Positions 33,646 to 48,411 of a stretch of 64,000 nucleotides of DNA are shown here, one piece after another. The stretch is from the NCBI GenBank assembly GCA_973895155.1, contig OZ316891.1, positions 19,369,048 through 19,433,047 of the forward strand. The letters are read 5' to 3'. The position numbers and the translations under genes are program-made. The DNA is from Marsupella aquatica. Taxonomy: Eukaryota; Plantae; Marchantiophyta. The notes beneath the pieces are model-generated. The model saw only the letters and a program-made list of their open reading frames with translations, had not been told where the DNA came from and made no database searches. Within the stretch, counting starts at the first letter, position 1, and each line of letters starts with the position of its first letter.

Positions 33646-36600
33646 ATGGGGGAAACTCATCTGAAGAGCATACTGAAAAATAGATGGCTGGGATTGTGCC
33701 TTGGAATGTGGATGCAAGGCTGCGGAGGAATATCTTATGTGTTCTCGCTCTATTCTGCCGATTTGAAGCATAGTCTTGGCTACAATCAGGAAATGATCGA
33801 TGGGTTGGGCACATCGAAGGATATCGGTGGCAATGTAGGCATAGTGTCTGGTCTCCTCATCGATGTAACGTCCGCTTGGTTCGTGCTTCTCGTCGGTGGA
33901 TTGATGCATTTTGTCTTCTACACCATGGTACAATGCCGACCCTTGTGATGTATTAATGCTTTAGTTACTCGGGTCCTTTCTGATTTTAGATCCGTCCAAG
34001 TCCGAACATGTCCATCTTCCTATCCCCTGTATATTTGTGAAGCACTAGAAAATTCGTAATGCATTCATTCAAAGATAGTGTCTCCATCGGAATGTACAGC
34101 TCGCAGGCTTATGTTCCATTTTTTAGTTTTGGTACCTCTTTTTAGTTACCATGATCTCAATTGGGTCAAGTTCTCTATTTTGCACGATTGGGGGTTACGG
34201 CAGGGATCCATGCATTTTCGTGAATCCCGCAAAATGCCACAGCCCCGCTGTTTGGGATTCTAGACCTTGCTCGGACCTACCACTATTTCAGTCCGTCCCA
34301 GGGCGTGCATGATTGATTGCCTATTAAGCGTCCTTTCCATATGCGGAGATACCTAGACACGCCTGCACCCAATTTGTCCATTGCCAGTCCAAGGTTTATT
34401 TTGTAGTGAAGTCCCAATTAGATAAAGTCAGCGGCCAAGGTAGCTCTAGCGCCACTTCTCCGTTGCCCTTAAAGAGAGGAGTGGCTTCATCGTATTGCAA
34501 TTCACTCTAGCTCGTTTCCTCGACAGTGACGTGTCTGTACAACTTACTCTTAATATCTTGAGTGAGCAGCTGAACGTGGTACTCGCCGTAAATTCTCAGC
34601 TACTGTAGTTGAGATTCTTAAGTCTGATGGGACACCAGTTGGTTGGATGTGTACCAATAGATTGTAACAAATTTGTTTGGGACTTGGGCAGGCATATACA
34701 GTCTGGTTGAAGCTGCTGATGGCACTAGCAACTCTACATAGAGTGGTTTCCGCCTCATGGTATCATATTCTGTTCACTGGCTTTACACAGTCATGAACTT
34801 GTTTTGTAGTAACATTAAAAGTCGTCTTAAAAGTCTGTACGGTTCGTTGGCTAGAAAATGGTAGCTCTTGTTCATTATCTCCCTATGACTCAATGGTCAA
34901 AAATTGGAAAGTCGCTGAAAGAGCCAATTCTAGATTTTCATCTCAGTTTTGCAAACCTTCCTGAGACCTGTTGTCTTTCTTTATCCTTCCCATCCTAGGT
35001 ACTCAAAGGGAATTGAGTGGTCTTTGCTGGAGTTGCCTCGGTACAGTGTCAGATTGCGCTTCAACTCCTGTGGACAGTTTGAAGTCTGATTAAGGTCATT
35101 TGGAAACGAAGCCTAGGGAGAACTTCTGGACCCCAGACTACTCAGTGAAATAGGATTTCTGGCACTTCACATCCTCGAGCATCCTACCTAAAACAATGCT
35201 TTGGTTTGGGAGTGACACCTTAACGTCTATCTTTCCTTCTTTGTTTACAGTTTTCCTGTAGGATGTTTGTAATCTTTTGATTGATGACCTGTTAAGCCTT
35301 CGCAATGTGCAGCTCTATCTAGCTGCGACAGGGCAGATTTCACCATCTCATTGGCAGGTATTATCTTATTTCAATATCTCTCGGCCAGATCGTTAATCGA
35401 CATGTATATATGATACCGTACCTGTATTTCTATCTTGTGTATGTGGTACTTTGATGTTCTTCTTATATGATTTATACTCCGAAGTGGCTGTAGATGTGTC
35501 TCATCATCATGCTCGGTACAAACGGAGCGACATGGTTCAATACCGCTGTACTTGTGACTTGGTACGTTCTTCCTCCTCTTTTGACATTATACTAGGCAGT
35601 GAAAATGGAATGCTCTCCTCCGAAATTTTACCACTGGTCTGGTGCGTTGTTATGCATCGATAGCTAGTTTATTTTATCTCAGCTTTAACGTGTTTGGGCC
35701 AGCCAGGAATTTGAAGGTCGCTACAATGGTCAAGTAGTTTTTGCCAGGTATAGGGGATATGATGCATTTTTCTAGACCAGATTTATAAGTACGTTTGCTT
35801 GAAGATTTGGAAAATATGTCGGTTCACTACATACAATTGTGCACGGTCTTTAGTGGGCGGCACTCGCTTTTTATTGCTCAGCGGAGGATTCGCTAATGTC
35901 CTCGTAAGAAACTGTGGGAGGAATAAACAATGTCCTTGTCTTGTCCAGCATGCGAAACTTCCCTTCAGATAGGGGTGTTGTTGTTGGTCTTTTGAAGGGC
36001 TTTATTGGCCTGAGTGGGGCTATTTTCACCCAGGTGATTTGCTGGTTATCCTTTCATAGTTTCCTTCGCTTCGACACTGCAAATCTCTCTGTTTCCAAGC
36101 CCTCTACCTCATTTCCAATTATCCGTCTAGTGACTTGAATGACTTAAGATTAATGTTCTTGACATTTTAATTGTGGTACTTGTATGGCAGGTTTACACAG
36201 CGGTTTATGCACCCTCAACTGGACCTTTCCTGCTATTCTGTGCATGCGTACCACCAATTATGGCGCTTGTTTCTATGTTTGTGATTCAACCAATCGATAC
36301 ACCAAAACTAAAGGACGAAACTGACAAGCTCAAGTTTAAAATATTATATGTACGTATACAAAGCTTTCAAGTATTCACTTGCCTGTATAGGTTTTGTATA
36401 AGTTTAGGTACAGTTTCTAACCAGTAATCTATCCTCGTGTGCAGTAGATGTACAAGTTTCAATGATTATTGAACAATGACTCTTGATCCCCTCGTTGTAC
36501 AGGTCGTCGGTTTGGGGCTGGCATTCTACCTGATGGTAGTGATCCTCATTCAGGTGTGTGATATGTCTGACATCCTTCACGTTGCGTAGATCTCGAAAGG

Positions 36601-39600
36601 TTGAAGTGGTCACTGATTTTCTTCCATCTTCCGTTTCCCTTTTTGAACCTGGCTGTCTTAGGTTTGGGTGATTGCAGTAGATTTAGTTATTGTTCGTGTC
36701 AAAGAAGTTCCCGTGTGGTATCCATTTCAAGCACACACCAATGTGTAGTGTCCGTCGTTTAAGTGTCTAGAAGTGGATCTTATGAGCTTCTGTGGTGGTC
36801 TGCAGGACTTCTTTGGGATAAGCAAAAGTGCTAGCAGGTTCTTCATGGTAGTGATGGTCGTGATTCTCCTTCTTCCAGGAATTATTCCGGTATGAGTTCT
36901 CTTCCATCTGCATTATAAAATCCCGTGGATGTGATTCAAATATTACAAGAGTCGTAGCGTTAATTCAGTTTTTGAGTCACATTCTCACATCTATGTATCA
37001 ACTTCTGTCGACCACAGGAGTTTGAACGTGCCTACAGAAGTGCACTCTTTCAAAAGCCGAACCTTATTCTAGGCTTCCACATTAAATTGATATGCACTCT
37101 TTCAAAGTCGAATCTTTTTCCTAGGCTTCCACAATATATTAATATTCCTTATAGACGTCGATAGAGCATGTCACTCTGCAGGCAGCAGTTGTGGTGGTTG
37201 TTTGTTGTGGGTAAGCAACCAAGACAGAAGCAAGTGTTTCGAATTAACTGACCAAAAGTCTGGTATGTCTGCTAGTGGCGGTGGGGTGCCGGGCAGCAAT
37301 CGAGGGGATATACAAAATTGTCCACGGAGGTGCACATGACGCACACATCTCCAGCTATGCACACTCCTCCTAAGCACACTCCTACTAAGCACACACCTAC
37401 TAAGCACGGAATGGAACCATCACTGATGGCAAAGCTGTCAACAGCTATAGATGTAACTCCTCGGGGCCATGAGGCTCAAAATGGAGCACTGGACCCATCC
37501 TCTAAGCAAAAGATAAGGCTTGGACAAGATCACACACTGTGGCAGGCTTGGAGTACCCAGGATTATTGGTATGCTTCTTTGAGCTGGACTCATTATCTCC
37601 CATGTTGATAGTAATATTGTGAAGAAATGAGAATGCAATAGAACAATTGAGATTGTTGTTTGTGCTCTGCAAATGATTGTATTGAATGAATTCCGTTACA
37701 ATTGAATCTAACTAAGTAGAGGATAATTGTCTAAGGAAGAACTAAGAAGTTACACTACAAGTATGACGTTTACAATCACACACCTCCGTGATAGTAGGAA
37801 GGTGTCAGTTCATATCAGCAGATATGACTAGACGTGAGAAGATTTTGACCTCTGTACCCATCTAGAGAGGGTGACTGCAGTTAATAATCAAGTGATTTGT
37901 GACGAAATGGATATCTACTGTCCACGTTGAAGGTCCAGGAAGCAATTTGTGATGCATAGTGAGTAAAATTTGAAGTAGAGTTTCGTCGGATTTCATCGCA
38001 AAGAAATTCTTCATGTTTGTCTCGTGTCAGACTGTTATTGAATCATTTAGTGCATGGATACGAATATCACAACAGTCTGAGATACCGGTCTGTTCTACGG
38101 AGTCTGTTCAATAGGAGATATTGACTGATGCTTGTACTTGCTACCTCTTGCAGGTTGCTTTTCTTTGCAATGGGTTGTGGCACTGGAAGTGGTCTCACTG
38201 CTATCAACAACCTAGCTCAGGTAACTTCAAGCTTGTAATGTGACACAGGACGTCAATGTGGCAAGAAATGCATACGCATGCTAAAGATATTCCGTTATTC
38301 TGTATGGAACTAATCAGTTGTCTCTACTGTGCAGATGGCTGAATCATTGGGTTCTAGGAGCATAGGAGCGTTTGTGGCACTTGTTAGTGTCTGGAATTTC
38401 CTGGGACGGATGGCTTCTGGGTATGATCATGTATTTCATTGTTTAGAAAGGAGTGTCTAGTATAGCGAGAAACCTCCTCAGGCTTTGAGTGGTCTTTTTT
38501 CCCGTTCCTTAATCCATTTTCTGATTTGGCTTATGCCTATTGGTTTCTATCCTTTTCTCCCAGGTATCTATCTGAATATTATATGAAGAACCATGGTACT
38601 CCCAGGCCTGTTTTCCTTTTGGCCGTGCAACTTGTTATGGCATGTGGCCACCTCCTCTTTGCATCGTCAGGTGAAATCAGCACTCTCTGTGGTCACTACT
38701 ATTAAGAGATATTCAGTCAATGTGGGTTGGTTTTCTGCCCCATAATTGAGTAGAATGGGTCGCAGAAAGAATTATTTACCAGTTTAGAAGTTCCCCCATT
38801 CCCCGCCAACCATTTAGCTATGTGTTACTGCAAACATCTGCCTGAATGCCTAGATTCTGAAGGGAGCGGTGTGTTCTTGTTGAAATTCTCACCGTTTGTC
38901 AATGATTGTCCTTTGTCAGTTCCCACAATGCTGTACGTTGCTTCCATACTGGTTGGACTCGCACATGGAGCCCATTGGACGCTCATGGTAGCCACCTCTT
39001 CAGAACTGTTCGGATTGCAAAACTTTGGTGCCCTGTATAACACCTTGAGGTATGTGTTCCTTTCTATTCTTCAGATACAGTCGAATTGGGGAGTGCATGA
39101 CACAGCCGTTGTTTCTGTCAAAATCTTGATTCCCAACAGAGAAGGTCCTCGTGTTTTGGTTTCCTGGTCACATGTGTTTCATCAGGTTTGCTTAAATAGA
39201 ATTGCTTCTGACTGATTTCAGTGTTACATCTGTATGTGGAGCAGCATCTCATCTACTGTGGGATCTTACATCCTCTCGGTCAAACTTGCTGGCTATCTAT
39301 ACGACCGGCAGGTGGCGGCAGCTCAAGCACTAGCTTTGACTGCCGGGCAGGATGTCATCAAATCTCACAAATGCGCGGGGCCAGATTGTTTTCGCTCTAC
39401 CTTCTTGGTCATGGCTTGTGTATGTGGTTTGGGTTGCTTAGCACTTCTACACCTTACAGCACGCACCCGCAAGGTTTATCATAGCATGTACAAACTACAG
39501 CAAGGAAAGGATTCTCTCGGTGATAATTTTGAGATTAACGATAACGTACCCCTACTGTCCAAAGATTCAAGTAACGAGGAAGGAGTTCTCTCTGACAGCA

Positions 39601-39665
39601 CGGCATACACTGCCCACACTGTTTCTGATGCTCATCTTCGTCATAGTACACCGGGCCGTGCATAA
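33646..39665 (+). CDS. NFD4-like / nodulin-like major facilitator superfamily transporter
   Basis: Exons at about 33646-33927, 35313-35357, 35494-35561, 35949-36033, 36191-36349, 36503-36553, 36806-36889, ~37155/37181-37568, 38154-38220, 38335-38420, 38564-38670, 38920-39048, 39244-39665. Motifs RWLGLCLGMWMQGCGGISYVFSLYS, KDIGGNVG, TNGATWFNTAVLVTCMRNFPSDRGVVVGLLKGFIGLSGAIFTQ, GSGLTAINNLAQ, WNFLGR, SELFGLQNFGALYN, CAGPDCF. Confidence 0.94.
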
Positions 39666-40556
39666 GATGGGTAGAGCCCAAATGGTAGAGTCTAGACTAA
39701 TGTCAGGGGACTGATGTCGTTGAGCCTGCTACTCGTTGGAGGTTGTTGATTCCGCTAAGAAGGGACCCGAAGTTACTTATTGCCGGGAAACAAAGTAGTG
39801 TGCCGCAGATGGAGTACAAGGGTGACCAGCCTGAGTAGGAGATTTGGATGCGGGGACAACGGTTCTAGTTACGCTGAGTATAGTCGGTTGGCTATAGTCC
39901 TCGACTTGCCACGTGATCTCCTACTATCAGGAATGTGCTGTGGATAGTTGAGTGAAGTGCCAGGACTTTGATCCAGTCTAATAGCTGGTTGAATCGTTTC
40001 ACTAGGGAGCCGGTACCAAAGGATGTACATATTTAGCTGAATAGAATAGTCCAAGGACCAGCTTCAATTTGGCCTCATTGCACATTGGAATTTACAACAG
40101 ATTGCTCTTGTCCAAGTCATTGATGGGCACTGGTCTTCATCTACAATTTTCCGTCCTCTAGATGTAATAGAAGACGGACCTGTTACTCTTTGAAAATTTG
40201 CTTCAGTCAACAAAGATTTTCGTTCCAGCGACGAAATGAATGCTACTGTTAGATGTGGTACCAACCAATTCGAGTCATGAATCACGGAAGACTGAAAGGT
40301 CACGACGAATGAATGATCATGTCCAATGTGATGCCAACAATTTGGTGCATGGACTATGGAAGTGTGAAAGAACACGACGAGACAAATGATAATGTCCAAC
40401 GTGATGCCAATAATTTTGATTCATGGATCATGGGAGATTGAAAGTAGGGTCAACTTTAGTTTTCAGGGTGGGACGCGGTGTGATGTCGACAAGAATGTCT
40501 CATTAGAGGTACATCACCTGGTTTTTCCTATTAAAGAGAGAATAGACCGATGTCAC

Positions 40557-43500
40557 TCAAGATGGAGCTGGTGGCCTGAGTTGCTCCAGCATCACATCTA
40601 CCAGGTGAGTGGCTTCCTCTGCTAAGTTGATTGCTCCAGCAACAGATTCTGTTGTCATTTCTCCTAGTAAGTTCGCAGCAGTGTAATGTCTGACCTCCTG
40701 TGTTTGCTCGGCATCGTGAGTAGCACATACTGTTGGCCCTTCTACTGTTCGGATCATGTTTCCGAACATATCTTCTGCCTCAATAATGTCATCTATGCGA
40801 TCCAAATCCAGATCTTCAGTTTCGCCTGTGTCTGGGAGGGCTTCCTCCACAGGGAGCAAGACCCCGTCAACCTGTAATCAGTCAGAACAAAAGTTAATGT
40901 CTCGTGCCGGCCTTGTTTAGTCCAGGTAATGAATGTGCAGCAACCACAAAAGGTCACAGACATCTCGAGATTGTTTTACTCATCTCTTCTTGACCACAGT
41001 TGACGGCATTGTAAAGCTGAGGATCGTTCTCAAGGAGTACTTCCGGTCGCTTCTCAACCAGATGCCAACTGACCTGGGTCTCTATTAACTCCCTTAATAA
41101 CATTTCCTTGATGAATTTGCGATGTGGTAGTGTCGACTTCCCCGACTAAATGTATACTTTCGCAAGTTAGATTTTCGGGTCTGTTGACAAGATTGTCTGG
41201 ACCTAATCTTCATCTAGCTTTGATCTCTGAGCGAGCGGTATATATCAACGAATGTGCAGGGGAATTGGGAAAACCAACATTCTAATTGACTGGGGCCGAG
41301 CCTGATTATGACTACTGGGCTTTCGGTGATGGCATAGGCAATTTCGGTTTGACGATCCAATAAGTAGCCGACGCTGAAAGTTTCTTCCGACGTAGAGAAA
41401 TGGCACTAGTCCAAGAGTGACCAAGACCGAATGTCTTTCTTCTTCGACGGCTATGTTATGATCTGATGCTGTGGTTGTCTTACCATGTAGCTAAGGGTGA
41501 AACGTGATCTAATGATATCTTCAATATGAGTCCAAACTCCTTCCAGCATTGATGGTATAAATATTGTCTCGATCTGCACAATCAAAGAGAAGCACTTGTT
41601 TAACCAGTTCGGAGCACTTGATTTTATTTTAGATCGACTGTAGTTGTAGTTACGACAGGCAGAACCCGGAGCAGATCCTACAAGACCACAAAAAGCATAG
41701 TATAGGGACAGAAAGGATAGGAATCCAACCTCTCTTTGTCTAGGATCAAAGAACCAGCCTTTTCTTCGAAGGTCCTCCATCACCTCCTCTTTCAATTCGT
41801 GGATATAGTGCCTTGTGAACACTTCTGCCTCAAGCTGAATAACCCAGGGAATCGACCCAAAGTCAGACGAGGATGGCCATAACGTTATGTATAGGTCAGT
41901 CTACTTTCCGCGCTCTTTAGCTCTTAACTGCCATGCGAAATCCCTCTGATGAAATTGAGTTTGCAAGCGGGCCAGAGAACCGATTTCACGTTGATGTTTT
42001 GGGGGAGTTGAGAATCCAAGCCAGTTATTTAATGCAAAAAGCGATTTCTGAGTTGGCTATGACGATAGGTCCGGTTATTCTGTCAATTCCGAGAGGGTCC
42101 AGCTGGACCTCGTCTCAAAACGAGCTCTACACAATACTCTAAAGCTGGAACGAGCATTGGTTAGAGAAGAACCCGTTCTCGCAATCTCTTCTCTTCCATC
42201 AGCCGTTTTTTCTCCTGCTCCTTTCGCCTTTCTTTCTCTTCGATAGCCCTCTTGTGGGCAGCCTCCAGTTGTTCAGCTGCTACCATCTCCGCAATTCGAA
42301 GCTGCTCAAAACGATCCTGTAATCGAAGTCCAGATAGTTGATTGGGTTTGGAGTTAGAATCAGAGAAACTCGGCAAAATTGAAAAGCTTTCGAAAATTGA
42401 AAATGTTTTTTTTTTTGCCTCGAAAAAACTCATTGAACTACATCCAAAAGTTCAGCATACAACAAGGACGGCCGACAGAGGGGGTAGGCACCCGGGTGGA
42501 CCAAAGGAAAATTGGAAACTTGAGACCTATTCATGTCAAGAATTTTCCGAATTTAGTTGAGATAGTCTCCACTCAAATTATGAGACAATTTTTTGGGTAA
42601 CACTTCGAGATGACAATAAAAGTCTGTAAGATTTGTTGGCTTCTGTGTTAAGGGAAAACTGGAGGGAGATTTCCGACAACTACTCGATCTGCTACCCATC
42701 GAAGCTCGAGACCCCATTCTATGCATGTCGAGAATCTCCATCAGTACTGCTCTGGATAGTATGAAGTACTAATGGCAGGGCACCTTAGTCCACTGACAAA
42801 CCAATTTACCTTCTGTATCTTTTGAGGATCATATTTTACAAATCCGGGGAATCCCTAAAAGTTGTGGTGCACGCCAATGAATCCCTTCTCGAATTGAAAA
42901 ACAAATTCAGGCTGTTAAACCTTATCCTCTGAACGGTTCTTCTCAAGTTTTCAAAAGCATGAAGTACCTGGTGCATCCGAATATGAGCCAGCTGGTGGTC
43001 TTCCATAACCTCCATGACCGCTTGCTCTATAGTCTGTCCACACAGAACCTCCAGCATTGCTTCCACCTCCATATCGAAGTCAAAGAGATCACCTTCATAG
43101 ATCTGCCGATTGCCCCAAAGGCAGATATCAGAGCAGTAACCAAGCATCAACCTTTTGATATCAGTTCTTCATACGTCAGTGTACTCCATTGCCAGATAGA
43201 GTGCTTAACTTACACATGGCCTCAAGCAAGGAGAACTTTTTTACCTGCGTCCACTTATCCGGTCCTGACTTCCAGGGAATGAACAGAGGAGTTGCAGGGC
43301 GATCGAGAAATGGGTCTGTTTGAGTGTCCGCATCGAAATCCGGGATCTTCTCAGTGAGCTCCTCCAGATACACATCTGTCTGCAGGCATCCATCCACAGA
43401 TCACACTTGTTACAGTGTGACTCCACTGAAGTCACACTGTCAACCATGCTGATCAACTCACAGTTCAGTCATTGGTGCTTACTTTCATTACCATCTAAAT

Positions 43501-44782
43501 TCTCGTCCATCTCTCAGACTGTCGTTCGAGTATTTCCGGAAAATGGTATTATACATGATTGTTCTTCTTAATTTCATTAGTGTTATTGTGAAGTCGAGAT
43601 GCATATCCGAAACTAGGAGAAGGTCGAAGAGTTTTCTTTACAAATCCCTCCAGAATTAAAAATTGTAATGTGGTAAAGCTTAAATTTAGTTCCTCAAAGG
43701 AATCAAGACTGTCTTAATCATTTGCGCTGCATATTACCAATCTCGCGCCCATTCGATGAAGCATGGATGAGTAATATAGTCCTTTCCTTAGAGCCAATAC
43801 AGTTACAAGTGACATGAATTTCGACAGAAGTTGTAGTGATCCCAGAACTTTACAGCAGAATTTAGTGTCATAAAAGATTATATCCTCCGTAAATTGTCAA
43901 AACAATTAGGAAGAATCCTATGATGTCACTCCTCGAAATCCTCCGTCAGTAAGTCTCAATTGGCTCCTGTTTTGGGGATTCATTAAATCATTATGGTTGC
44001 TATAGGAGCTCATTTTTATGTCCAGGAATAAATATTTCCGCTCACTCTCGGAAGTAATAATCAGACACAGGAACGGCCAGAAAGTCTCACCTGAATGTCA
44101 CAATGTTTTCGACCTTTGATGGGTGCAGGCTCGTCAGAGTAACGCACGTTGTTGGGCTTCTTCATCCTCGACAAGACCGGCCTCCGAGGGGCCGACCATG
44201 GTTCTTCGGGAGGCTGCATCATAGACACCAAGTGAAAACCCAGAAACTGCCAGCTATTCCTACTTTTCTCGTCAGGTCACCAGCCAAATTGTAGCTTCAA
44301 ACAACAACCACGAGTACACTTTGAAGACTTTCTCTTTGTAATTATGGAGGAAACTAGACTAGACTAGAAGAAAAAGAGCAGAAAGAATTGAAGATCTTAA
44401 GGCCAATCTTTCTGCAGTTGGGTTGTCCGATCACGTCAGTGTTGAGTGCCAACAGGCAAATTCCCGATCAACTTCACGACTTGAACAAGACTCGCGCGCG
44501 AATCAATTTTGGATAAGAGTGGAACAGTACCTCCTTAGGCTTATGGGGAAATTGCGATCCCCGGACAACCCGGGGATCGAACATAAGATTGCGCATGGGC
44601 TCGCGCAATTTAGGCTGAGTGTTGGCATTGATATTCTCTTGCTGGGGCCCGGCGGGGTCATAGTGGTCTTTCAGCTCCTGCTTCTTGTCCGCAACTGGCG
44701 CTCCCGGTTGCGCTTTGTTGGTCGATTTGTTGAAGCCGAGGCTCCCGAACCTATTGCTCCGAATGCTCGTGCGCCCCGGCAT
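40557..44782 (-). CDS. RSP3: Flagellar radial spoke protein 3
   Basis: Exons 44782-44531, 44213-44091, 43379-43245, 43102-42968, 42316-42173, 41834-41730, 41573-41484, a less certain exon near 41070-40980, and 40871-40557. Motifs NLMFDPRVVRGS, GRKHCDIQTDVYLEEL, DADTQTDPFLDRPATPLFIPWKSGPDKWTQIYEGDLFDFDMEVEAMLEVLCGQTIEQAVMEV, EKERR, GWFFDP. Confidence 0.93.
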
Positions 44783-47026
44783 TCTTGCTCAATTGCTATG
44801 TCGCTCACCTTTCCTCTGCTTCTCAAACAAGTCTATCGGAATTTCTGCAAGTAGCGAGGGATAGAAACCTTTCTCAACACAAAAGCGAACGGCACATCAG
44901 AAGCAGCTATCCGAAGCTGATAGAGTGAAGAACTTGGGCTCGTGCGTGAGAAGGATCTCGGAGGGAGGTCGACGATTGGATTGAGTTTCACATTTCTGGT
45001 GTTGGAAAAACAGGATTAGATTGAGTTTTACTGTTTTTCTGCTGAGGTTGTAAGTGGTTACGCATGATCACATCCGCGTGAAAAGAGGAGAGAATATGGC
45101 AAACAACCTGCGAAACGAGTTGAACTTGGGTTTCCAACGAGTTGATAGGGTTTCCAAGTGGACTTGGTGGTGTAAGTACTTGGGAGGGCGAAAATAAGAG
45201 GGCTGTACGAGGGAGGGAGTAGTGTCGAGAGACGATGAAGATAGACTTTTTAGGGATCCAATAGACTAACTCTAACAATTTCAGAATCTAATTGTTTGAG
45301 TTGGAGAGGTGTGAAGAGTGAAAGCAGAGGAGATGGAGAGATTGCCTTTGTGACCGACGATCTGGATAATCTGAAGACTTGCGTATAGAAAGCGAGTGGC
45401 TTCTGATTGAGAGATGGATCACACCTTGTGAGACCTGTTTCTTTTTGAAACTAATAAATGAAATTGCGCTCATCATTAGGAGGACCAAACCCCAGATAGC
45501 GAAGGGCATTGAATCGATTCAGTCAAATTCCGAAAGTATCACCATCGAATGGAGTTACATCACTACAGCAGGGACTGACGAGAGCCTTAATCTATTAGGA
45601 TTCGCCGCCAAGATAGCAAGGACAATCTCCTCTCTATGCCAGAGGGATACAGAGAATCCAATTGAAGAGCCCCGATAGACGTGAATATGGAGATTGCTCA
45701 TATGACAACAACATGATGTTCTTCGTTGTTTAAGGATATCCTCACCCACCTTCTGAAGAACACAGTAGTCGTAGTTATGAGTCGTTCCTCCCCATCTCTG
45801 GCCAAGCTTCACCAAGCGCAAAATTGGTCAGGACCTCACCAAATCTCTCGATTCCGGGGCTTGGCTCCCGAGTCTCATAGATGCACAGGGCCTCTGAACA
45901 TCTCCATAGTTGGGAACTGCCAAAATCTCGCTCATTAGCCGTGTGTCACTTTTATGAATCTCTTTCTCCTTTATGAATGTCATTCTATGATTTGTTTTCC
46001 GTGACGTAACTCTTGGCCTCGTGCATTACTCTGTCACCAGTATCTTTGTGCTCGTTGATGCACGGAACTCCGGCACTTTCTCGGTATCGCTCGTTCATGC
46101 TGGTGGCGATCTGGTGAGAGATGGGAACAAAATGTGAAGCACATCAAGACATTTTCCTCTGTGGTTGTACTAAGACAGCTAAAGTTGCAAAGAAATCCAG
46201 ACTCGCTCTATTGCTCGAAAATTAGGTGAACATATTCTGCGTTGATCCAATTTCCTTCGTCAAGCCGGCGTTCAATTTCACAGGAAGTACAAAATTTAAA
46301 CGTTTGCTCAGTTTCCCTTCCCCTCGTCAGAATGTCTTCAGCCGTCGCTCTCGCGGTCAGGTCTCCCAAACCGCATATAGTAGTATAGAGTGAAATAAGA
46401 AACATCCGAAAGTTGAAGCCACCTTCGTGTTTTGTCAAGAGCGTGACGGACAGCTTGTTCCGATTCTCAGGCTGACACTTGTCCGGACTTGCTCATTTGA
46501 GAATCTATTGAATCTGATGAATGCTACCAACTGAAAGAACGCATCGATCGAACTCCCCAGCAAACAACGAAGGCCTAGTCCGCTGTTCACAACCGCTGTA
46601 GACAATTATCACTGTGTCCGTGGGAGCCAAATTGAAGGCCCCCATGGCCAGGCAGTGGCAATTTCGAGAATCGACACGGGATTTTGTCAATGCTCTGTCA
46701 CGGGATTTTGTCAATGCTCTGTCTCTGGCTCGTTCCCATTGCGTAACTGTCATTTACCACTTGTCTGGATCTTCACACCTAAGTTCGGGGAAATTATTCA
46801 CTGTGGATCCACATGATGATTTGAAGTGGACAAAACTTGATACTACTGGCGGTTCATTCCTCGGTCAAAAGCTTAAATTGCGGTATCACACTTTAGAGGC
46901 CCATGCGGCCGTTTTCTTGAAGAAAACCAAACGGTGAGGGGACGAGTAGTTGAATTGTACCGTAGATAAGTCTTAACAGAACATGGGTCACGGGTCCATT
47001 GCATTATCGTACTGTAGTTGGATTGC

Positions 47027-47195
47027 AAAGTTACTGTACTCTACTGCCGTTTCCGCGTTCCAATGGGTCACTTCTCTTAAAAAGTTACTGTACTCTACTG
47101 CCGTTTCCGCGTTCCAATGGGTCACTTCTCTTAAAAAGTTACTGTACTCTACTGCCGTTTCCGCGTTCCAATGGGTCACTTCTCTTAAAAAGTTA
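47027..47195. repeat. 51-bp perfect tandem repeat, ~3.3 copies
   Basis: aaagttactgtactctactgccgtttccgcgttccaatgggtcacttctctta repeated. Confidence 0.95.
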
Positions 47196-48284
47196 AACTG
47201 CAATGTATGCTACCTTGTTTAAATCTCTTAAGATCACTTCCTCAATTCAATAGTTGACGTGATAGCAATTGGTCTATAGGCTTTTTGTAAACCCTTTCCA
47301 TTTCAACAAGTGCAGTCATGCGTGATTATTTTGCTCTTTATGTCCCGGAATGATGATGCTCTAAACCTTCATGAAGCAAAACGGTCCCGTGATGCACGTG
47401 CAGCTTGTTGGAATGTTGTTAACCGCTTCGTCCTCCCTAGCGAGCCTGGCTTGAAGCTGTTGTGTACGTAATGTGCTTGTCCACCGCACAAAGATCAAGT
47501 TAGGGTTGATAATTTTGGCCTCGAAACGGAGAAAGGGATTTCCAGGTCCAGGACTCCATTCAAAACAATCATCCTGCAGCGTCAGTGCGACTTCTCGAAG
47601 GAATTGATCCAGACTGCGCCCACAGAATGGACAGAAGTGCAGAAAAGAAATCGTAACAGGAGCATTGACAGACCTGCATGGACTTTGCCCCTGAATATGA
47701 CTCCAGAGAGACTACATTTCACGGTCCAGGTGCCAAAAGCACATTCGAATTAGAGACTTCGAGGTCGAAAATAACGTGATTGACACGCAGAGATCGACGT
47801 CCAAAATCAAAGCTCAGGCGACCAAAGAGAGGACAGTTAATGTTGACATCTCCAGTGGTGGAACTTCCTGCGGGAAACTACGGATCAATTGAAGCTTTGG
47901 GCGTATTCCACGTTTCCGGCGGAGATAACATCTCTCGCGTAGTCGGCGTCTATTCTTAAGAGTGATAGAGAGAAAAACTTCGATATGTTCAGTGAATTTC
48001 CGGAGGAAAACTGGAGAACAATCTCACCCCAGGCGATCGGAGAGAGCGTAGACGGAATGTACCGTTTCCAGTGGAGTTCACACATCTCCCCGCGAAGTCG
48101 GTGACTATTCTCACCAGTGCGATCGAGAAAGGAAATTTTCGATATAGTGCTGGTTCCGCGCGGCGTACACGCAGCAGCGGCAGTGGAGATCGCTGCTGAC
48201 GGGCACGACGATGAATGATTTGCACGCTTGTGGGAACCAGAAACATATTTAAACAAGATCGAGAATTCAAGGTTGACAAGAAAC

Positions 48285-48411
48285 AAATCGACACGTAGAG
48301 ATCGAATTGCATAATTGAAGCTCAGCCGACCAAGTAGAGCGGAGTTAAATCGACACGTAGAGATCGAATTGCATGATTGAAGCTCAGCCGACCAAGTAGA
48401 GCGGAGTTAAA
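48285..48411. repeat. 62-bp tandem duplication upstream of IFT74
   Basis: aaatcgacacgtagagatcgaattgcat.attgaagctcagccgaccaagtagagcggagtt x2. Confidence 0.9.

Noticed and set aside
45280-45940. Short ORFs between RSP3 and IFT74 (possible LINE or gene relic)
   Set aside because: No convincing RT/endonuclease motifs; frames are interrupted.
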